IMG/VR virus record: IMGVR_UViG_3300045988_091011
Location: 50,138 to 114,137 of that record
Reading direction: 5' to 3' (one strand)
DNA from: a virus
Length of the DNA stretch: 64,000 bases
Below are positions 57,821 to 64,000 of the stretch, in pieces. The stretch's first letter is position 1. Every line of letters starts with the position of its first letter. The position numbers were made by a program, and so were the translations under genes. The notes below the pieces were generated by a model, which had not been told where the DNA came from, did not search any database, and saw only the letters and a list, made by a program, of their open reading frames with translations.

Positions 57821-57898
57821 CTTTGTCCTCCTTTCTTGAATAAAAAAAACGGCACCTATCTTCGCAGACCAGTGCCGGTAACTAACTTACATGGAAAA

Positions 57899-58309
57899 CT
57901 ATTTTACTTCAACTAATTCTACAGAGCTGTAGAATTTAGTGAAGCTACCAACAAATTCTCTTATATTTTTATATTCTTCTGGTCGTTTTCTGTTACCGTC
58001 TTTTATATAATTTACCCACAGTCTATCTTCTATGCTCTTAATCGCATTTTCTATAGTAAATTCGTCGCTGACACACATTAAACACGAAGATCCGGTTTTC
58101 TTATGTGGTTTATACACCCTTGAAAAAGACCACATTTTTATCCTGTCGTATATATATCCGTTGTTTGGATAAACGAATCCTATCCGGCTGTCACCTTCTT
58201 TGGCATAAAATACACCTGGCTCCTTCCCGCCCTTTCTATATACTACGAATCCTTTTTCTTTTAGGATCTTAACCACTTTGTCTAATTTATTTTCCACGTT
58301 CATTTTCAT
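57899..58309 (-). CDS. Hypothetical protein, 136 aa.
   Basis: Co-oriented ORF. Confidence 0.5.
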   Translation of the reverse strand: MKMNVENKLDKVVKILKEKGFVVYRKGGKEPGVFYAKEGDSRIGFVYPNNGYIYDRIKMWSFSRVYKPHKKTGSSCLMCVSDEFTIENAIKSIEDRLWVNYIKDGNRKRPEEYKNIREFVGSFTKFYSSVELVEVK

Positions 58310-58760
58310 GCAAAAATTTAAAAACGACCTTCATTACATTTCCAAAGTTCTCCACCTTAACCCACTCGTGAGCTACTGCTCTAAGTACGGATGTTTCGTA
58401 TGTCGGAATATCGTCTTCTTCAACCACCTTACAAGAAGCCAGAACTCCTTCAGTCGGCTTTAGTCCGAGGTCATGCAGCTCGCAGAGACCGCCCGGCTGG
58501 CGGAATGCGCACCACCCGTCTTTCTCTGTTGGCTGGATCATCGCTATTGGTTTTTCTTTCACTGCAAGATACCCTACCATCCACATTGTTTCTTTTAACC
58601 TGTCAGCGTATCCGGCATCTATGATAGCCTCTATGTCTTTTGGCGTACCAATACAAGGAACTTTACACATGTTTTTACATTTATCACATGTACAAGGTTG
58701 CTCCCATCTGTTATGATCTATGCCTACCAACTTCTTTATCCGTTCTACTTCTTCTTTCAT
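58287..58760 (-). CDS. YkgJ/UPF0153-like Cys-cluster protein, 157 aa (putative Fe-S or zinc chelating).
   Basis: CTCDKCKNMCKVPC and downstream GWCAFRQPGGLCELH. The family name is recalled from memory. Confidence 0.4.
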   Translation of the reverse strand: MKEEVERIKKLVGIDHNRWEQPCTCDKCKNMCKVPCIGTPKDIEAIIDAGYADRLKETMWMVGYLAVKEKPIAMIQPTEKDGWCAFRQPGGLCELHDLGLKPTEGVLASCKVVEEDDIPTYETSVLRAVAHEWVKVENFGNVMKVVFKFLHENERGK

Positions 58761-58761
58761 A

Positions 58762-59046
58762 TTATACTATCTCTGTTAGTTTTTCATAATACAACTTCAT
58801 TTCCGGTGAAGCATATTCCATGAATGCTTCGAATAAGTAGGGTACCTCTATTATCATATTCACATTACAACCTTCTGCCTGTGAAAGAGATTCAAGATCA
58901 TTGCTGTATGAACACGTTACATGAGCTCCTACATTAAACACATGTAAATCTAATCTTACATATTCCATACATAAATCTAACGCTTTAAACAAGTTTTCTA
59001 CCTCAATCTCCTGAAATAGGTTTATAAACATCCTTAAATCCATCAT
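58762..59046 (-). CDS. Hypothetical protein, 94 aa.
   Basis: Co-oriented ORF. Confidence 0.5.
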   Translation of the reverse strand: MMDLRMFINLFQEIEVENLFKALDLCMEYVRLDLHVFNVGAHVTCSYSNDLESLSQAEGCNVNMIIEVPYLFEAFMEYASPEMKLYYEKLTEIV

Positions 59047-59426
59047 TTTACTACCCTTTCTATGTGTTTAATTAATACTACCGCCATTCCATTGCCGGTT
59101 TTTATCGCACATTCCGATCCTTTTATCCATTCTACACATCCTACATACTTTTCTGTAGAATGAAAACCTGGATTGTATTTTCCAGATGTACTGAACTCTA
59201 CCGTATTCCCCACCTTCAGATCATCAAAAGCAATAGACCATGTGGTCCAAATTCTATCATGTCTCCCAGGCTGAATAGCTCCGATTACGCCTTTTTTATG
59301 ACCGTTTTTTATCGCCCTTAGTATTATCTTTCTATCACCTTCGATAAGGCTGCAAAAGCGCCCGTAAAAGGTCAAATCAACCTGTTTTCCTCCTATTTCT
59401 TCTCTTATTTTTGTTATTCTGTTCAT
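59043..59426 (-). CDS. Hypothetical protein, 127 aa.
   Basis: Co-oriented ORF. Confidence 0.5.
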   Translation of the reverse strand: MNRITKIREEIGGKQVDLTFYGRFCSLIEGDRKIILRAIKNGHKKGVIGAIQPGRHDRIWTTWSIAFDDLKVGNTVEFSTSGKYNPGFHSTEKYVGCVEWIKGSECAIKTGNGMAVVLIKHIERVVK

Positions 59427-59670
59427 TTTCTGATTTTGTTTTATTTTTTTCCTTGTTTTTTCTATCTTCTATAGAAGATGATAATAACATTATCTTTTCT
59501 ATGTTACTTTTTGACTGTAAAAAAGAATCGCATTTCATTACTACTACCACCTTCTTAAGTTCCCCATTATCGTATAGCGATACACGCATCATGTTTTGCG
59601 CCTCGTCCACTATCAGACCTGGAGTAGTCTTAGCCATTTTACGTAGCTTGTTATACTCTGGTCTTTCCAT
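59377..59670 (-). CDS. Hypothetical protein, 97 aa, with a basic Lys/Asn/Arg-rich C-tail.
   Basis: Co-oriented ORF. The 3' end overlaps the next gene by 50 nt. Confidence 0.45.
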   Translation of the reverse strand: MERPEYNKLRKMAKTTPGLIVDEAQNMMRVSLYDNGELKKVVVVMKCDSFLQSKSNIEKIMLLSSSIEDRKNKEKNKTKSENEQNNKNKRRNRRKTG

Positions 59671-59935
59671 TTCCTCTGTTTATTACTCTATAGTATTTAT
59701 CCTTATCCCCTTCTTCTAACTTCTCCAGATAGAAAATTCCATCATGCAAATGAGACAAACAAAACCTGTATCCGTATTTCTGTACTCTTCTTACATGATC
59801 CCGCAGTCTTATCTCTTCACTTTTGTCTTGTACTTTGATCTTAATACTGTCTCCTTCTTTGATTGTGTATAAAATAGTTTGAATCTCTTCTTTTTTCATC
59901 TTATAAAATATTTTAACGGCAGCACCTATACTCAC
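59651..59935 (-). CDS. Hypothetical protein, 94 aa.
   Basis: Co-oriented ORF. Confidence 0.5.
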   Translation of the reverse strand: MSIGAAVKIFYKMKKEEIQTILYTIKEGDSIKIKVQDKSEEIRLRDHVRRVQKYGYRFCLSHLHDGIFYLEKLEEGDKDKYYRVINRGNGKTRV

Positions 59936-59962
59936 GCACCACTACTGCCTTATGTTTAACAA

Positions 59963-60772
59963 TTAAATACTTAACTCTTCAATGGTCAAGCCTTTTTCTT
60001 TTGCCCACTTTAGCATTGCGCATAATTCTGTTTCTGACTTATATTTCGGATCACGCCACGCCCATCCGAATTTATCCAGGACATGATGATATAATTCGTC
60101 GGCCTTTGCCGTGTAAATGTCTTTGAATAAATGCTCCGAACCTTCCGGTATAAGCATCTCTGTTGTTGCAAAATCGGAATACGATAAACATCCGTAAGCA
60201 TATTCTGTTATTTCACTCCATGCTTCTCCGGCTTTAAATCCAAATTCTTTTACAAAAGCCAAAGTTAGATACATATTTAATAATATTGTTACATCATATC
60301 CGGAATCCGACTTTCTTTCTATTATTTCCTTTTCAAATTCCTTTAAATCTTCAGGCCCTAAAAAGATGTATCCTGATACCGACCGGTAATTAGTCTCCGC
60401 ATACTTCTTGCATTTATCATCATTGACAATCTTACTAATGTTAGATAACATCTTTTGCCTCCATTCATCACAAAACTCTACCTCTACCTCCATCCAATCA
60501 GTATCATAGTTATACTCTCTTGGGTGTCCGACTGATATCACCTTTATATCCTTTACACCATATACTAAAAGACGTTCTTTAACCTCGTCCGCCCATTTTT
60601 GCACATAAGGTATGAACGCATTACAATAAGAATCAAAATCAAAATTTGATTCTTCTTCATATTCCGGCATCTCATCATATTCCTGTGAAAAGAAATGACG
60701 CGGGTCTGCTACTGTTTCATAAAAACTTACGTTAATGAAACAAAATTCGTTGGTTGTTGTTTTTAATATCAT
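59963..60772 (-). CDS. Hypothetical protein, 269 aa.
   Basis: Co-oriented ORF. Confidence 0.6.
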   Translation of the reverse strand: MILKTTTNEFCFINVSFYETVADPRHFFSQEYDEMPEYEEESNFDFDSYCNAFIPYVQKWADEVKERLLVYGVKDIKVISVGHPREYNYDTDWMEVEVEFCDEWRQKMLSNISKIVNDDKCKKYAETNYRSVSGYIFLGPEDLKEFEKEIIERKSDSGYDVTILLNMYLTLAFVKEFGFKAGEAWSEITEYAYGCLSYSDFATTEMLIPEGSEHLFKDIYTAKADELYHHVLDKFGWAWRDPKYKSETELCAMLKWAKEKGLTIEELSI

Positions 60773-60788
60773 AGGATAATTATATATT

Positions 60789-61103
60789 TTACACTAAACG
60801 TATGTTATAAAACATACGGATGTTATTTAATTTCATATTTTTCTTTTCTAACTTTGTTTCACTCAATCGAATCACATAGTCCCTCGTTTCGGACAAGACG
60901 GTTGGGTAAAAGAGGTCTTTGATATAAGGTTTTACCCTAAAAATATTCGTTGGGTAAGTAAAATCAAAAACGTTTCGTTTAGTAAAAGAATCCGGCGATC
61001 TCACTTTTGAGCAACCGGTAGAGGGTATTGGTGATACCCAGTATGAAGTTTCGTACAAATGTATATCATTTTTCATCTTTGATGTAAAATGGTGTATAAT
61101 CAC
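60789..61103 (-). CDS. Hypothetical protein, 104 aa.
   Basis: Co-oriented ORF. Confidence 0.5.
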   Translation of the reverse strand: MIIHHFTSKMKNDIHLYETSYWVSPIPSTGCSKVRSPDSFTKRNVFDFTYPTNIFRVKPYIKDLFYPTVLSETRDYVIRLSETKLEKKNMKLNNIRMFYNIRLV

Positions 61104-61106
61104 CTA

Positions 61107-61361
61107 TCATAGCTTTTTGTATTTACGTACATTTTTCTTGCCATAGAATCTACACATGGCACGAATCTGACTATAAAATACTTTTGTCCTCCTGGCCTCA
61201 AAGTATTTAAACATTTCTTCATTCTTTGTTTCCCAAACGTAATCCGTTTGGGAACTCATGCGATCTTTCTCCTTGCGTGAATAATGGTAATATGATACCA
61301 CAACACGTTTCATACCATTCTTTACAGGTACGATATTTACGTCTATACTATTCTCTGTCAT
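61107..61361 (-). CDS. Hypothetical protein, 84 aa.
   Basis: Co-oriented ORF. Confidence 0.5.
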   Translation of the reverse strand: MTENSIDVNIVPVKNGMKRVVVSYYHYSRKEKDRMSSQTDYVWETKNEEMFKYFEARRTKVFYSQIRAMCRFYGKKNVRKYKKL

Positions 61362-61696
61362 ATTATTATTGTTTTATGTTATTTAATGGTAATACTGATC
61401 CCATTTATGTGTCAGATGATAATTAAACATTATATTTGCCCTGTCTTGCGACCTCGGAAGGGCATTTCCGAGTTGGAAAGTACGGGTGATTCCAACGATT
61501 GTAAAACCGGGGGTTCCGTACGTTTGTATCCAAGAATCCCGTTTGCTTTAGCGATGGGAGTATGTCAAGCATTATACAAATACAAAGAGCGCATACCTTC
61601 ACAGGCCGGCGCTCCTTTCAATAAAAATGAAAAAACTAATATTATATAAACATATTGTTTTCTACTCTTTATTACAATACTTTTGTTCCGCAATTA

Positions 61697-61906
61697 TTAT
61701 ATCTTCCGTACTCTTTTTTTCGTATCATTCAAGATTTCAAAAACCATCTTCTTGTGATCTTCGTTTGGTAACCTATCCTTAACAGCCGATATTACGCCCG
61801 CTATAGACGTAAAGCCTGAATCTGTTATTGAACACAGCAACACGCCTCTGTCGGCTCCGGTGCTTATTGCTGACGCCTTTATAATATCATTCTTATATAT
61901 TCTCAT
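61697..61906 (-). CDS. Hypothetical protein, 69 aa.
   Basis: Co-oriented ORF. Confidence 0.45.
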   Translation of the reverse strand: MRIYKNDIIKASAISTGADRGVLLCSITDSGFTSIAGVISAVKDRLPNEDHKKMVFEILNDTKKRVRKI

Positions 61907-61914
61907 AACTTTTT

Positions 61915-62005
61915 TGTTTTATTGTTTGTGAGATGCCCAGAATCGAACCAGGACCGGCACATACACACCGGCACGCCGCGTCATCCCCTCTATGATGCAG
62001 AAATA
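61915..62005 (-). other. tRNA-like element. T-arm (GGTTCGATTC) and acceptor-like 3' half are recognisable, but the cloverleaf is not completable by eye.
   Basis: The (+) strand reads ...cccagaatcgaaccagg.... The reverse complement is CCTGG-TTCGATT-CTGGG followed by CATCTCAC. Homologous to a second copy at 63176-63262. Confidence 0.2.
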
Positions 62006-62081
62006 GGCATGCCTATCCTCACGAACCGACATGCCAAAACCCAAAACTTAATTTGATGAATAAAATAGATTAACAAAAATA

Positions 62082-62396
62082 CTATTCTAATTCTTTTATA
62101 ATATCTTTCACAATATTCAGCCTTACCTCCTTCGTTTCTGGACTAAGACAACCAAACCACCCATAAAACGTTCTTGTTTCCTCTGGTTCTGTGGCCATAC
62201 TTATCTTCTCCTCCAATTCCGGGAAATATATTCTCACCATTTCGTCTGAACGAAACTCATAGATATTTTTATGTGTTTTGAAATACATAAACACTACATT
62301 TCTTAACGCAACACATATGTATTCCCCATCCTCTAACCTATCAATCATCTCATATACCTTTTTCCATATGAATAATCGCTCTTCTTTTGTAAACAT
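62082..62396 (-). CDS. Hypothetical protein, 104 aa.
   Basis: Co-oriented ORF. Confidence 0.5.
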   Translation of the reverse strand: MFTKEERLFIWKKVYEMIDRLEDGEYICVALRNVVFMYFKTHKNIYEFRSDEMVRIYFPELEEKISMATEPEETRTFYGWFGCLSPETKEVRLNIVKDIIKELE

Positions 62397-62410
62397 ATCC
62401 TTCTTTATTT

Positions 62411-62752
62411 TTATGGTATTATTTGACTGTATGCAGACTTTTCCATGTACACAATATTATGCTCCTGTCCAAATATCTTCTTTGCCACCTCTTTCTTTAT
62501 CGCACAATATCTTCCTGTACGATACGGATTCTTTTGATCTGATCCATCCTCAACTTCGATAATAAAACAACCTCCGTCATCTATTATCTTTTTGCAGTTG
62601 TCACATATTTCTCCCGTGCATATATGATGCGGCGCCTGCCCTTTGATGTTATTCCCTAATAAAGCAATCCCCATCTCTTCACCGCATACTATGCATAGTT
62701 CTATGGATGGATTCAACCCATGCTCTGGATGCAATACAATACCGTCTTTCAT
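62411..62752 (-). CDS. Zinc-binding protein, 113 aa (CIVCGEE...CTGEICDNC).
   Basis: Cys pairs. Strong RBS AAGGAGG upstream of the start. Confidence 0.6.
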   Translation of the reverse strand: MKDGIVLHPEHGLNPSIELCIVCGEEMGIALLGNNIKGQAPHHICTGEICDNCKKIIDDGGCFIIEVEDGSDQKNPYRTGRYCAIKKEVAKKIFGQEHNIVYMEKSAYSQIIP

Positions 62753-63153
62753 TTTCTATCCTCCTTTATTAATTCTATTATAAACTTTTTATCTTGTTCC
62801 CACAATGGCAGCCCTTCTTTTACTGTGTATGCCACTGTTTCCCTCTCTCCTATTAATCGCACGGCAATCTCTCTTGCTTTCAAGTCATCCTCCTCATGCG
62901 ATTTGTTTATTAAATCATAGGCACATGATTCCACCTTTTGCCTTTCGATTATTATCGAACCCATTAACTCGCTTATATGCGATCCTAAAAACGATAAGAC
63001 ATTAATAGCTTTCCCAATATCATTTGAAATAGCACTTGCTAAATACATCTTATCCATATACTCCGGCAAAGCCTCGTATGCCGTTTCTATGTTTTTATAC
63101 TGATTTTCGTTTACCTCCCTTTTAATCAGTTCTTCAAATTCTTCTTTTAACAT
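62749..63153 (-). CDS. Hypothetical protein, 134 aa. First gene of the (-)-strand array.
   Basis: ORF. Weak GGGAAG RBS. Confidence 0.55.
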   Translation of the reverse strand: MLKEEFEELIKREVNENQYKNIETAYEALPEYMDKMYLASAISNDIGKAINVLSFLGSHISELMGSIIIERQKVESCAYDLINKSHEEDDLKAREIAVRLIGERETVAYTVKEGLPLWEQDKKFIIELIKEDRK

Positions 63154-63175
63154 GTTCTTCCCTATTTTAATGTTG

Positions 63176-63262
63176 TGTGAGATCGCCGGAATCGAACCAG
63201 CCTACCGCACCATGAATCCCATAAAGCAAATGCTCCGATCTTCGCAGACGGGAGCATTCTGT
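63176..63262 (-). other. Second tRNA-like acceptor/T-arm minihelix element.
   Basis: Reverse complement TGGGATT-CA-TGGTGCGGTAG-GCTGG-TTCGATT-CCGGC-GATCTCA-C. The acceptor-like 7-bp stem includes two G-U pairs. Preceded, in RNA sense, by an 8-bp hairpin AATGCTCC...GGAGCATT. Confidence 0.2.
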
Positions 63263-63814
63263 CTAAAGCATAAGAAAATTAATGAAGAAATTTTTCTCAC
63301 TTACGCCATAGCATCTAAAATAGCTATCAGCACTATTTCTATGACAAACATAATAGAAAATATCTTAAATGCCTTTTTCATATCGCTATCTCCTCCTTTT
63401 TATTTTTTTAGTTCCACAATAAACTGTTCCGGCTCTGCTCCGAACTACGTTCCACCTACAACCGCAGGCCTTAGCCCAAGGCGCCGCCTACTCCCCCTCT
63501 ATGGCAGCCTGTTCGTACCTACAACACCAGTCTCCATCTATACAACTATCACTACGCGATAACAAACATTTATCCTTATAATAATCATAAAAAAATACAC
63601 CTCTCACAACTGTAATCCCTAATTTCTACACAGCTAACTACCTTAGCATATACTATTCCATCACTGCCTTCTATTCCTTTCACCCCAAAAATAGAACCTT
63701 CTCCCTCCTTACTCAAATCTAAGTCAGGCGCAAAGTCATATACGTTCATGTTGTTTATGTTTTAATTGTTATACATTCCGATTACTACTAATCTATAGAA
63801 TATAGTTTTCAACT

Positions 63815-64000
63815 CTCAACCTATTGAATTTTGTAGAATAAACTCACATTTTGCTGTTTTAAAGCACTGTAATCCTTAATTTTGTTGGAAAACCCTACAT
63901 AATGTTGTTTTAAAACGCTTATCTATTGAATTTTGTGGGAAAACCCTACATAATGTTGTTTTAAAACGCTTATCTATTGAATTTTGTGGGAAAACCCTAC
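63815..64000. repeat. 51-bp tandem direct repeats, at least 3.5 copies and running off the window end. Candidate iterons/origin or genome terminal repeat.
   Basis: gggaaaaccctacataatgttgttttaaaacgcttatctattgaattttgt repeats at 63887/63938/63989 with period 51, plus a degenerate copy from about 63815. No spacers between copies. Confidence 0.75.

Noticed and set aside
61386-61649. (+)-strand 87-aa ORF in the gap between (-)-strand genes.
   Set aside because: Opposite to all neighbours. No RBS. The region is better explained as a structured non-coding island (see findings).
63152-63562. (+)-strand 136-aa ORF overlapping the tRNA-like element and the leader region.
   Set aside because: Overlaps the start of the (-)-strand gene and an RNA-like element. 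The composition-skewed region gives a spurious open frame.
63815-64000. Possible CRISPR array, given the regular repeats at the window end.
   Set aside because: Repeats are directly contiguous at 51-bp period with no unique spacers, and no cas genes are present.

Overview
The window reads as part of a low-GC dsDNA phage genome, possibly a crAss-like phage of Bacteroidales. Supporting this: a (+)-strand block of giant ORFs, a dense array of small (-)-strand genes carrying a replication module, and several TAnnTTTG-like promoter motifs. Some genes nevertheless carry strong AAGGAGG ribosome-binding sites, so the host call is tentative.

Layout: (+)-strand genes occupy 1-24038 and include three very large proteins (>=1606 aa, about 751 aa, 2140 aa). 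A long co-oriented (-)-strand array occupies 24063-63153. The two meet convergently at about 24050. The window ends in a non-coding, strand-skewed region with 51-bp tandem repeats.

Mobile elements (three OMEGA-type RuvC nuclease genes):
- An intact IscB (42397-43623, -) whose upstream omegaRNA-like scaffold has a second, partner-less copy about 11.8 kb away. The two copies differ by compensatory base-pair changes.
- A TnpB-only IS200/IS605-like element (8196-9660) whose TnpB lacks the usual zinc finger. It is bounded by 35-bp direct subterminal repeats exactly 1400 bp apart.
- A 5'-truncated ISDra2-like tnpB remnant (23169-24038) at the strand-convergence point.

Other notable content:
- Replication genes: an SF2 helicase, a DnaB-like helicase, a primase-like protein, a Cas4-like PD-(D/E)XK nuclease and an NTP-pyrophosphatase-like protein.
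- A cellular-type membrane module, unusual for a phage: an acyl-carrier-protein-like gene, an NfeD-like gene and a 566-aa flotillin (SPFH).
- Cys-doublet, Gly/Asn/Gln-rich membrane proteins.
- An RGG/ER-repeat protein followed by an in-frame TGA.
- An ABC-type ATPase with a neighbouring Pol-beta nucleotidyltransferase.
- Two tRNA-like acceptor/T-arm minihelix elements.

All calls rest on motifs I read directly in the translations. No database search was run.
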